From Vicugna vicugna (lineage: Eukaryota): a stretch of 64,000 nucleotides of DNA. Position numbers and translations under genes: made by a program. Shown here piece after piece: positions 51,240 through 62,840 of this stretch (the stretch's first letter is position 1; each line of letters begins with the position of its first letter). Below the pieces are notes generated by a model that did not search any database, was not told where the DNA came from, and saw only the letters and a program-made list of their open reading frames with translations. Where the stretch lies: the NCBI GenBank assembly GCA_013265495.1, contig MU058221.1, forward strand, positions 1,674,001 through 1,738,000, given 5' to 3'.

Positions 51240-52800
51240 ACAGCTGGGACCGCCACATCGGAGCGAGCGTGTCCCTGCAGCCCTGCTGGGGGAGGGGGAG
51301 GGGCGCGCTGTGCGGGGAATCGCTGACCCTCGACCTCTGACGGGTCCAGCCCGCAGCCTGTCAGCCTTGGCGGAAGGCAGGTTGGTTGCCTCCAGATCCA
51401 GCTTCAGAATAGCTCAGTCCTGCTCTGCTCTTCCTCCTTTACCTCCCAGTCTTCTTTCCCACTTCTCTTTCCTTGCTCTCCATCCCTCTTACCCTGTATC
51501 TCTCTTTCCTCTGTCCGGTCCTTAGGTCCTTCGTCTGTTTTTGTAAACGTTCTTGCCTTCCGTGCGCAAATGCTGGAAAGCCTCTGCGCTCCTGTAAGCG
51601 GCCGCGAGAGGGCGCGCCACTCCCCGCGGCCGCGGGCCGGTGCCCGGCTCTGCGCGCGGAGACCACCGCGCCGCCGAAGGCCTGAGCGCTTCACCGCTTC
51701 TCGGTGCCCTAAATGTCCATCCCTCCCCGCCCCAAAGGCCTGCCCTGCTGCTTCTCTAAGCCTCCCGCAAGTTCTGCCCCCCAGCCCCGCACCGAAGACC
51801 CCTTGTTTTCCGCTTCGTAGGTCCCCCGCCCTGCAGGAGCCGCGCCCCCCACGCTGGCTCCCCGCGCTCTGCTCTGCAGCCTCCGCGTCTGGCGTCCCCT
51901 CCCGGGCCACCGCCCGCCCCAGCTCGCCATGCGAACGCCCTTGATGGTTGTCAGAACCCACGTCGTGGGCTCCGTATCCGCGGCGCTGAGGCTTCCGCCC
52001 CCGCATCCTGGTCCTCTGGTCGCCCGACCTCTTAAATGCCTGGGCCTCCCCTCCCCGTCCGGGGACCCCCTGGGACCCGCCCTGATCCACGCCCCCTCCC
52101 TGCGCGGAACCCCCGCCGCCAGGTGTCGCGGGCCGCGCGCCCTTGGGACCTCGGCACTGCGCCCCTCCTCGCCTCGGGGCCTCGGAGGACACCCCCCCAT
52201 CGCCTGGGCTCCAACAAGTCCCCCAGGGCCTGCCTGACACCCCCCGACGCCCCCCGAGACTTCCGAGCGCGCCCGGGCCTCGCAGGCAGACGCGCGCCCC
52301 GCCCCGCCAGCCGCAGAAGCCGGGCCGCAGGCGCACTTCCCGGCTGCGGGCGGCGGGGGCCGGGGAGGGGGGAAGGCCCGGGCCCCACGCTCGCGCTCTG
52401 CTCCCTCCGGCAGCGATCCGACCCCGCACGCCCCTTGATCCGATCTCGCCGCCCGCACCTCCCTCTGGCCGGCGCTGCTGCGCGAACCCCGCTTCCTCCG
52501 GCCCCGCCTCTGTCTGTCGGCTCAGAACCCGTTGAGGACGCGCCGACCTGCTCCTCACCCCCGGAGCCCCGGCGCCGCCGGAGGCCTCCCCTTAGCACAG
52601 TGAGGCCCTGGTGGGGAGCTGCCCTGGCGGCTGTGGAAGGCCAGCAGCCAACCCCGCAGAGGCTTCCGCATAAGCTGCACCCCCACCTCGCCTCCCCCAG
52701 GGCGGCCCTGCCTCCTGGGCACCAGGGGAAGCTTGCTCTGGGTGGGACGGCTTCAGCCCCAATCACCCATCAAAGGCTGTGACCGCCCGGGACCACGGCT
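51240..52800. promoter_or_regulatory. Large CpG island, probable promoter of an unidentified (possibly non-coding) gene
   Basis: ~1.5 kb of very high GC/CpG content; GC boxes, ETS-like cacttcccgg (~52334) and G-runs; no repeat origin recognised. Confidence 0.85.
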
Positions 52801-53309
52801 GTGAGAGGGGCTCCTCCCTGGAGAAAGCACCCTTCTCCTCAGTTTGCCATTTGCAGTTCTAGGTCCCCAGTCCTCCTCTTCAGCTGCAGTGGCATCCACC
52901 CCATTCCCTGCGCACTGTCTCCTCTGTCCCCGCCCAGCACCCCTGCCCCGACACCACATCCCATCCCGGGCTGCCCCTGGATCTGAAGCCCGGTCTGACT
53001 CCTGACCCTACGCTCTTTCTGCTCCATGACATGTAGAAGCCGGGGGCTGATGGGGTTTGGCGAGTGGCGCCTCTAAGATAGTAGATGAGGATGGTGCTAC
53101 TACTCAGAAAGGCGCACCTTCGCCCCGCCCCGGAGGGAGCAGTTGGGTAAGACCAGACAGTCCCCCTCTCTGACCTACACAGCAGCCAATAACTTCGTGC
53201 CCGTCTCACGCCGGTGGGAGAGCTGGGCACTTCTCAACACGAAAAGAAATTTTGAATATAGTATTTTTGAAAACACGAAGAATTTATTGAAGTTTGAAAA
53301 TCTATATTT

Positions 53310-53441
53310 TTATATCCCCTTGTGGGGACAGGTAATCAGGTGCACTCATTTGTTTTCATTTTTAGAGGAGGTGCTGGGGACTGGACCCCGGACCTTGTGT
53401 GTGCTGAGCACGCGCTCTTCCACTGAGCTACGCCTCCCTAC
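53310..53441 (-). mobile_element. tRNA-derived SINE, Vic-1-like
   Basis: aggtaatcagg..gaggtgctggggactggaccccggaccttgtgtgtgctgagcacgcgctcttccactgagcta. Confidence 0.8.
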
Positions 53442-53962
53442 TTGAAAATACATTCTTGTAGAATGCATTCCCTCTGCTCTCCACCCTCAGTCTTCAGCTG
53501 CAAATAGCAGGGAGCTGGACTAGAAGCAAATCCAACTTTCTTTTTAATACGTGAATAGACAGAAAACAAGTTGGTTAAATGAATAGCTAGCAGAAACCAG
53601 TACATTTGACGTGTTGGGTTTTAGCCGGTTGGCTGGGTGGGGCACCTCCACCAGCCACGCGAAGGCCCTTGGCGGGTTTGGCTCTGAGCCGAACTGAGGG
53701 GAGTGCTGTGTATTCTGAGGGCTGCCGACATTCTGAGCCTGGTGATTTCTCATTCTGAGTTCTTCCACCTACAGGCCTCGCTGATTTAGGGGCTGAGGGG
53801 CCGGCTGCATTATTTGGCTCTGGGACAAACAAATCATAGCACCTTAAACTGGGGAGGCTCTCGAAGAAGCGCGGAGTCCACCTGTACGGCTGAGGCTCGT
53901 CTGGTCACCCAGACTCTGAAGACCAGCGTCAGGGAGGACTCTGTCCGGGCACCTGACCGTCT

Positions 53963-54163
53963 CAGACACAAAGAATGCGTGCCTAAGCTTGGGGCCGTGA
54001 GCCAGGTGTGGATGATAATTCTCTCTCTGCTGAAGCAATAAAACTGCCAGTAAATGTAGATCAAGGGTTTATTATTGCATTAAAAAAACACAGGCGTGTG
54101 CGAGGAAGTCAAGGCCCCAGGAGGCAAGTCCGTAAAACCATCCCTTCCTCCCTCACCAGGCCC
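53963..54163 (+). repeat. Local duplication, copy 1 (AT-richer)
   Basis: Ungapped 118-bp core at 54008-54125 aligns to 54977-55094 with 18 mismatches. Confidence 0.9.
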
Positions 54164-54465
54164 TTCCTCTGGATAACCGCGATGTCATCATCTCCAGCTC
54201 TGTGTCCCACACGTGGCCAGAATCCCCTCCAAAGCGGAGTGAACAAATGTCACTGTAATTAATCAGAACGGCCAGCCTGTGGCCTGCTGCTCCCTTCTCG
54301 GGTCATTAGAGAAACAGGAGACAAGGTGCAAGGCCTCAGACTGGTGTCTCGGTCAGTCCCGGTCACAGGAACCCCGGGACGCTGTCATCTCTGTTTCCTG
54401 CGGGCTCGGCCCCTCCATGTCTCTGAGCATCTCGTTCCTCATCCCAAAATGGAGGGGTCAGGCCA

Positions 54466-54605
54466 GACCAAGGATCAGCTCACTTTTCCTGTAAAGGGTC
54501 AGGAATTCGTATTTTAGACTCTGCGAAGTCCCGGTTGCAGCTCCGTCCTGACAGCACGAACAGCAGCCACCGACACTGCAGACGCGAGAGAGGCTGCGTG
54601 TGCAG
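54466..54605. mobile_element. MER58A-like hAT fragment
   Basis: cttttcctgtaaagggtcagga..tattttagactctgcg..cagcagccac. Confidence 0.65.
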
Positions 54606-54919
54606 GTCAGTTTTCCTGACCTGGACTTGGTCGGCTCTCAGCTCGGGGCAGCCTTCACGCCCCAGGGGTCAAGCTAACAGAGCCCAGCAGGCCTTGCCGG
54701 CCTCCAGTTCTGAGGGCCCCGCCTGCCCTGCCAACCTGTCTGGCCCCCGAGTCCTGCCGAGAATGACGGCTTGCCACCCTCCTGCTCGGCCTCCCGCCCT
54801 GCTGACGCTGCCCCGTGTCTACCTGCTCCCATCGGGGAATCCGACTGGTGGCAGCACACCCTGTTCACCCCGGAACCGGCCCTTCCCTGAACCCAGCCCC
54901 ATCTTGCTCCGCGCCCACC

Positions 54920-55131
54920 CAGACACAGAGGGTGCGTGGCTAAGCGCACATCCGGGTCTGGGGCCCTGGGCCGGGCGTGGATGACAGCTCGCTCTCTGCT
55001 GAGTCAATAGAACTGCCAGTAAATGTAGCTCGAAGGTTTATCACTGCATTCGAAAAACACAGACGCGTGCGAGGAAGCCGAGGCCCCAGGAGGCCAGGCC
55101 GCGTAAGCACCCCTCCCTCCCGCCCGGGCCC
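54920..55131 (+). repeat. Local duplication, copy 2 (GC/CpG-richer), merging into a CpG patch extending to ~55520
   Basis: See copy 1; flanking match cagacaca..tgcgtg.ctaagc. Confidence 0.9.
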
Positions 55132-56358
55132 CCCTGGGCGGTGCCGGGGTCGCTGGCTGTTGCGTCCGGGCCGCTCCGCGCGGAGGGCAGGCCGGCCCCG
55201 CGCGCCGCAGCCCCGACGACCGAAGCGGCCGGCGGCTCGGGCGAGCTCCGGGGCGCGCCTGCTCCTCCCCGCGGAACAAAGACGGGGATTCGGGCCCTGG
55301 AACTGGAGAGAAAGAGTGTTCTTCACGGCCAGGCAAAGGCCACTTATCAGAGTTACTTAGTGCAAGGTCGGAATCGGACGAGGGGTCAGGCTGGCGCTCC
55401 TGGGAGGCTGCCCCTTGCGAAGCCCCTGCACGGCCAACTTCGGGGCCGCGGGAATCCGAGCCTGAAGGGCAGCCAGAGATGCCTTAGCGTGGGCCTGTGG
55501 CGCCCTCCGGTGGTGGCTTCCGAGAAGTGCAGGCTTCTGTCTGAGCTGGGCTGTTTTTTCAGATCTTTTCCATTCCCGCCTCCTTTGATTTTTTTTCTTT
55601 TTTTAATGTAAACTGAGTGATTCATTCCCCAGTGAAATTGTGAAGAAGGCGGAAATTTGTAACAGCACATCGCAATCCCAGATCAGTCTGAAATCTGCGT
55701 ATCATCTCATTTTCTTTTCAAAATGTTTATCTTCAGAAGGGGGCCAGGCAGGTGTTGACCCCCTCGGAAACACTGCGGGAGGCAAAGGGCCTTGCGTGAG
55801 GTCACAGAGCTGATCCACGACGGAGGAGCCAGGGCATCACCCTGGGCTCGGGCAACACCCCTGGGCCTCACACGCTTCTTCATGGGTTATGTCTCCGGGC
55901 TTTTCTGCGTCCTTGCCCTCCTGCCTCTCCACCTGCGCTGGGTAGCGGGGCAGCCGTGCTCCCCAAGGGCAGGGGCAGAGCGAGGCTGCATTCGCTCTCT
56001 GTGCAGCCGAGGGACGGGAGCCTGAGCAGGGACCCCGCCACTGGAGGCAGAGGAGAATGCGCCCCCCGAGGCCTCATGCCCATGCCCAGGCCCCAAGTCG
56101 TGCACCTGTGTCCCAGCCCCCCGCTGCTCCTCCGCCTCAGCACTTGTCTGTCCACACCCCGCACCTTTCCTCACACTGTTCATGCTCCCTGGAAGTTTCC
56201 CCTAATCCACCTTCAAAATAGTACTCATCCTTCGAGGCCAAGTTCAAATGGCATCTCTTCCCTCTGGCTTTCCCTGATCATCTTCCTTTCCCATGAGTTA
56301 CCCCCGTCCCATCAGACACACATCTCTCCTCTCTGCCTCTCTTTATAAGACATGCCTT

Positions 56359-56389
<31 letters not shown>

Positions 56390-56714
56390 TCTTCTTTTTT
56401 TTTCCCCGCCTTTCCCATAGTCTGTGAGCCTCCTGAGGGCAGAGACGACTCACTCATTTCATTGGTGCTGATAGAAATCCACAGGGAACTACAGTAGAGA
56501 AATGTGTGAGCTTTGGACCGGACACCCCTGAATCCAGATCTTGACCGAACCTACCCGGCGTAGTCATTTAAACTCTCTGTGGTCCAGTCTCCTGGCAGTA
56601 AAATGCGATGACAACACCTTCAGTAAGTTTGTTAGGACCACACCCCGAGCACGGTGTACAGGAAAGCAGGGGGAGACCACAGGCCGGTGGATCCTCCCTC
56701 GGGAAGGAGGCGCT

Positions 56715-58273
56715 ATTAGGCGCCCCAGCCTCGGGCTCTGACACCAGGAGGCTGAAGCCCCTCAGCTGGTTCCAAAACCAGTGGGGCTCATCCGAGGGCT
56801 GCAAGAAACCCAGACTCCAGTCTTGAAGAGCGCACAGCCTTGCTTTGCTTCCGCCCGGTCTACAGCACAGAGGACCACACTGAAACTGCCTGGCCTCGGG
56901 CTGGCCGTCACCCCGAGGACCCCCACGCCGGCACCAGGCGCCCCCTCCGGACCCTCTCACTCCGGCGCGGCCTCCCACGGAGGCAGAGGCTGCTGCTGGC
57001 ACTGGAAGTGCTCGCGCTTGGAGCGCACAGGGGCGGCTCAGGCCGCGACCCCGCCTCTGGCCAGGGAGGAGGCAGCCAGGGCCGGCAAAGCATCCCTGCG
57101 CACGCGCCGGGGGAGTGGGCCCAGCCCCCGCGCGGAGGCGGCTCTTCCGGAGCCCGGGCCCCTGTGCCCCCCGGCGGGGGTGGGGCAGCTCGGAGCGGGG
57201 GCACCGGCGCTCCGCCCAGACCCCTCTCCGCCCGGCGCCCGGCGCCCGCGCCCGCGCCACGCGCGCTGGGGAAGGAGTGGGCCGAGCGCGGCGGCGCAGC
57301 CCCGGGCCCTGAGGCCCTGGCCACGGCCCAGAGCGAGGTGGGACCTGCCCTGCCGGCGCACGCGGGGAGAATCCAGCACTCTCAGGCCCCTGCTCCAGCA
57401 GCTCGGCACTGCCCCCCACTGGTGGGCTGGTGATGGCGCTGAGCACAGGAGAAGCCCCAGCTCACACTTGGATCCGGCTTTAGCCCTCCCATCCCAGCCG
57501 CATCTCACACCAGGGTGGTGGCTGCCAGCGGCCCCGAGGGGACGCGTGACCTGTGCTCACCTCAGCTCCAGCTGCCCCGCGGAAGCCAGCGAGCGCACAC
57601 AGAGCGCACAGGGATGACCCCCCACGAGGACACACACTCAAGGCTGAGACAGATCACTATTCCACCTAAATGCACAGACACAGGGAAAGTTAAACCAAAC
57701 AAGAAGGCAGAGGAGTGTGTCTCAAAGGAAAGAACGTGGGAAAATGCTGGGAAAGCCCCTAATGAAACACAGATAAATAATTCACTAGATAGAGTTAAGT
57801 GCAATGATGCTAAGAATGCAAAGTGAACCGGAGAAGAGAATGAACGACACGGCGAGAATTTTAACAAAGAACCAGAAAACTTCCAGAGGAACCAGCCAGA
57901 CCTGAAGAACACGATAGCCGGAATAAAAAACACACTGGAAAGAATTAACATAGTAGCAGATTAGACGACACAGAATAATGCAGAAGCAACCTGGAAAGCA
58001 GATGAACAGAAATCACCCAATCAGAGAAGCAAAATGAAAAACAGATAATTTTTTTAATGAAAATAGTTTATGGGACCGCTCAGACAACTTGAAGCACACG
58101 AACATTCACATGAAAGGGGGTCCCAGAAGAAGGAGAGAGAAAGAAAGGAGAATAAAACATATTTGATAAAATCATGGCTGAAAACTTCCTGACATTGCAG
58201 AAGGATACAGCGGTCCAGGTACAGGAGTCACAGAGAGCCCCAGACACCATGGACTCAGAGATCCACATCCCGA
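56715..58273 (+). mobile_element. L1 5'UTR (CpG-island-like) plus decayed ORF1
   Basis: ORF1 remnants (ctgaagaacacgatagccggaataaaaaacacactgga; gtcccagaagaaggagagaga; MAENFL..QVQESQRAP); upstream aaaaccagtggggct..agggctgcaagaaacccagactcc..tcttgaagagcgcaca resembles a laurasiatherian L1 5'UTR. Confidence 0.75.
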
Positions 58274-61134
58274 GGGCCGAGCCGCCCCTCTGCCCTCGTG
58301 CAGCGCCGGGAAGGTCAACCTTTCTCCTTAACTCTCAAGGGGATCCTGAGATGGTGTCTTCGTTTTATCACCGAGGAAGCAGAGGCGGAGACGTCAAGTT
58401 CCTTGCCGTATCTCACATAGCCAGAAGCTGGCAAAGCTCCCAGGTAAGCCCCTCCTTGACCTGAACACCTCAGCTCTTTGCTCTTCTCCAAAGCTTTGCT
58501 GTAAGTGACAGCGGCCGTGACAGCCGCCCTGGGGCCCCGTGCACAGCGATCGCTCAGCGGCAACTACGGACAAGAATGACTTAGAGCAAGTCCTGCTTGC
58601 TCCCCAAAATTGATTAGACCATTATTCCATGCAGTAAATATCACTGCATAAAAATGACACTTAAACTCTGCATGAGGCGTAGAAAAGCTAGCTAACCAAT
58701 CCCCTGCTGAAAATTCCATTAGCAGAAAGCAAATGAGATGTTCTAAAATTAATGCATTCATCAACTGAGGTGAAACCTTTCAAAAACTTAACCACGTCAG
58801 AGAGCAATCAACTGGATCTTTTCAGAATTTAAGTCCTTGCTGCTGAATGCCTGAAAATTCTAATTCAAGGGAAATGGTGTGGAGTCCAGCATCAAGAAGG
58901 AAGAATGCAGGGGGAGAATTCAGTTCTCACCCTGACGTGGTCACCAGCGTGCAGTGTGACATCGACCACATCGGGCTCCCTTCCTGTCGCTGGGTTTCCT
59001 CATTGCAATGTGGAGTTAGTTAACACCGTCCTGCCGAATACACAGGGGAGTTTTGAGGATGAAAGGAAACAATGGGCGACACTGGCAATTGAGACAACTA
59101 TCTAAATCATCAGGAAGCTGGAATTCACAGCATTTGGATAACTTACTATAGGGAAGGAAGGGCCAATAGAAGTCCTTTTCTGGAAGCGAGGAATTGATGA
59201 CGTGGTATCTGAGTACGTAAAGAGGATCTAAGAACTCCACTGAACTCATTCTTCTTTTTTTTTTAAATGTCCATTAGATTCACGTAGCTCAGCAAAAATC
59301 ACACAAGGCCGTCAGTCACACATTTTCCTTGGTGTTTTCAACGCCCTCCATGTATATCAGAAAGCGGACTTTCCAGGCTTAGGGCTTCTAAACGTCAGGT
59401 CCTTTTCCAATGGTAAATTAAATATCTTGGAAAAATATTTCCTCTCTCATGGCGCAGAAGTTAATGGCCTTGCAGCAAAGGCCAACACTCTTATTTCTTT
59501 TTTATAGGAAAAAAAAAAAGTCTCTTCTTTCTAGAAGAAGCTGGTAACGGTAACTTTGGGGGTTTTAATCCTCATTCGGTTACTTTCGAGGAACCATGAC
59601 CAAGGTATTCAATCTCTCCAAAGGGTCGTTTTCTTGTGTCAGAAATGAAGGTATAGTTGGCTCATAACGACGCCCTGGATGTTAACCATGATCACACACA
59701 CACACAGCTCTCAGCACACGCAGTGCCGGGAGCGAAGCTAGTGGTGGCTGTAATCAGACAGGCTTCTGCACAAGTCAGCCCAGCAATTCCCTGACGGCGC
59801 CGAATGCGTGAGCAACGTGCTTTCCTAAGGTGCACGTTTCCATTTTGGAACTTCGTTGTTTCTAACAGCCGCCACTGAGTAATAGAGTGAAAATGATCTG
59901 CCGTGGCTCCATTTCCAGACTGGCTCCACGGGAGTGTGCACTTTTCCCAAAGTTTGCTCAGAAATGGTTCCTCTGGTGCAACAAGGTGAGAAGACGGCCT
60001 TCCTAAAGAGTACCTGAGACGGTAACGTGAGGATAACCCACACGCATGATATTAGGGCATCCCAGCCAAACAAAAGGAGAATTACAGGATGTGCCTCAGA
60101 GACGACTTTGTCCCAGATTCCGGCTGGAAAACTGAGAAGCACAGAATCCAAGAAGGGAGGATAAAATTACTTCCTCAAAATAACACATTAAATGAAGGAC
60201 ATAAAGTTAAAATCCAAACCTTCTAAACCTGTAAGACATCATGAAATTAAATGCAACTGCTATGACTATCAAAGCCATTAGGAATAAACACATTCACTTA
60301 TTCAATGAACAGTGTTGGGTGCTCAGTGTTCTAGGTGCTGGGAATAAAACTTCAGGCGTGTCCAATAGAGTATGGTATACATGGTTTAATGTCGTTTCTG
60401 AGCCCATTCTGAGAGGACTGGCCCCTGCTGCCTTGCCCTCTAAGAGCCCTGATCAACAGTAAAAGCCCTGCCGTGCTGACACCTCCATGCTACAAGAAGT
60501 CCAGCCAGGCAGAAGGGTCCTGTGTTGACACGCTAATTAACAGACCCAGCTGAGCTCTCCGCCAGTAATAGTTAGCATCGCGTGCACTCGTGAAGGTGAC
60601 TGCCTCTGAGGTCCAGCCCTGCATTCCCTCCTTCCTATGACTCCAGCGCCAGCTGCTATCTGTATAAGGAACCTCTAGGAAGAACCACAAAAAGTAAGAA
60701 CCATGGAAGAAAGTCAACTCTCAAAACCACAAAAAATGATACTGCGTTGATGCTTTAAGCCACTGACTTTTAGTTTGCCCTCCAGCAATAGCTCATCCCA
60801 AGAATGCATGATGAAGAAATCCCTGAAAGGTTTCAGAGAGGAAAGGGCTGATAAATTCAGTTCATAACTGAACATTTTAAATAGGTAGGGACATCAGAGT
60901 GTGCAGACAGCGGAGCTAAACACCCCGTCCTCTGCTCCCTCACGCACCCAAGTTTATCTGAAGTCTGAGAGCTGCTGGATGAAACTGAGTGAAGTTCCTT
61001 CTCCCAGGTGAAAATAGTAAATACCACACAGATTCAGAAAGGCCTCCAAGGGGAGAAACACGGGACCGAGCCTCTGGCGCGGGGTTTCTGACCGATGGCT
61101 GGCGACGCACCAGGTTCCGGCTCCGGCAGCACTC

Positions 61135-61500
61135 TGTTAGGACAGCCCCCAGCGATCCCTGCCGTCCTCGCTGCCGTGCAGTCCCACGCTGGCTGGACGG
61201 GGCTGACTTGTGCCGCCCGTAAGACCTTGCAGAAATGACCACGTGCAGCATCTGAAGCTTTTGTCTCATGTGCCAGCGGTGGTTTCGCCTTGCTCTCTCT
61301 CTGGACCACTTGTGCTGGAGGAAGCTAATTACCACCTGGTAAGGACACCCGAGAAGCCTAAGGAAGGGGCCGTGTGCTGAGGAACTGAAGCCTCCGGCCA
61401 GCAGTCAGCACAGATTTTGCATGATCATGAGTCTTCTTGGATCGTTCAGCCCCAGTCGAGCTTTCGGATGACCAAGCCTGGCTGATATCTTGGCAAAACC
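61135..61500 (+). mobile_element. MLT1F-like LTR
   Basis: gaggaactgaagcctccggccagcagtcagca; cagccccagtcgagctttcggatgac. Confidence 0.75.
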
Positions 61501-61619
61501 TTTATCTGCAGTTTAACAACTGGTTTTAGATTGATTTCTATGCACTAATGCCAATCATTTCAAGGCCATTTAAAATCATTTCTAGTCTTCTCCTATTACT
61601 AAATTCAATTTCCTTTCAG

Positions 61620-62840
61620 TTTTAATATCATCTATTTTATACAGAGGGGACAACAAATGTAACATGTACATAAGTCAAAGAATCATTTTTGTAAAACTTC
61701 AAGTACATATCGCTGTACTTGAAAAGTATGTAACTACTCACATACTTGAAGCTCCCGTGTCCTCATTCCAGTCATTGCCCTCTCTCTTCATTCGGATGTA
61801 ACAATTTGGAATTCTGAGTTTATCGTGCCCCATAATTCTATTATGTATATAATCTGCCTAAATGACATAGAATCTTTCTTCAAATCTTTGTTTTTGACCT
61901 TTTGAAAAGGGAAATGACACAGTATATAATCTTCTATACTTTGACAGCTTTTCCTCAATGTTGAGTCTTTGAGGTCAAACCACCCTGATGCTGTAAGAGG
62001 GGTTCACTCAGTTTCACTCAGATACACTGCTTACTTAAATCGCAAAACGCTTATCCAGTTTCCTGTTAGTGGACACTGGGCATGTTTCTGGCTTTTTGCC
62101 GTGATAACCAGTGATACTGCTGACATTCCTGTGTGTATATAGTCCTCGGCATTCACATGAAAGCTGTGTATTCCTCAGTGTAAAACCATTGAGTACCAGG
62201 GTTTAAGAAAATGCCAGTTTCCCTAAAGGGTTGTGTCAATCAACGCTGCCGCCAGCAGCAACGGAGAAGCCTCGTTGCTCCAAATCATCGCCAAGATCTT
62301 GGAAAGTCAAAATTTCGTTTTTGTCAATCTGGTAGGTGTGAAATTACATTTCATTTCTGTTCTAATTTTAGTGTTTGCTGATGGGGTGACATATTGTCAT
62401 ATATGCATTGCCCACTTTGCTGCTGCTTCACTGAAATGCGTGCCTGTATTTTTCACTCTTCTAGTGAATGCATTTTTCTTTCCCTTGCTGATTTTTACTG
62501 TTATAAGCATATTTTAAAAATCAATTGTTTCTCAGAGCTGTATATGTATATATGGCATTTTCTTATACAATTACTTTATTTTGATTTTGATTTTAAAGTG
62601 GTCTTATTTAGCAATATTTTATTTTATAGTTTGTGCTTTTTGTGTTTAAGAAACACCTTCCTAAACCAGAGTCAAAAACGTAGTTTTTAATATTTTCTCT
62701 TAAAATTGTTAAATGTTAGTTTTCACGTTTAAGTCATCGGTTCTCCTGCAATCTGTTTTGTTTTATTTTGGCTGTTGTTTTGTTTTTATATTTTAAGGGG
62801 TGGGAATCCAATTTATTTTTTGTTCATGTGGATAACCAAT
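61620..62840 (-). mobile_element. Decayed L1ME-type 3' region
   Basis: tcctgttagtggacactgggcatgtttctgg; ttttgtcaatctggtaggtgtgaaat; ttttcacgtttaagtc. Confidence 0.7.

Noticed and set aside
51404..52782. ORFs of 244-384 aa on both strands
   Set aside because: Arg/Gly/Pro/Ala-rich, open in several frames, no recognisable domain; explained by stop-codon scarcity in a CpG island
56568..57617. ORFs of 197-292 aa
   Set aside because: Same GC-richness artefact, over an L1 5'UTR-like region
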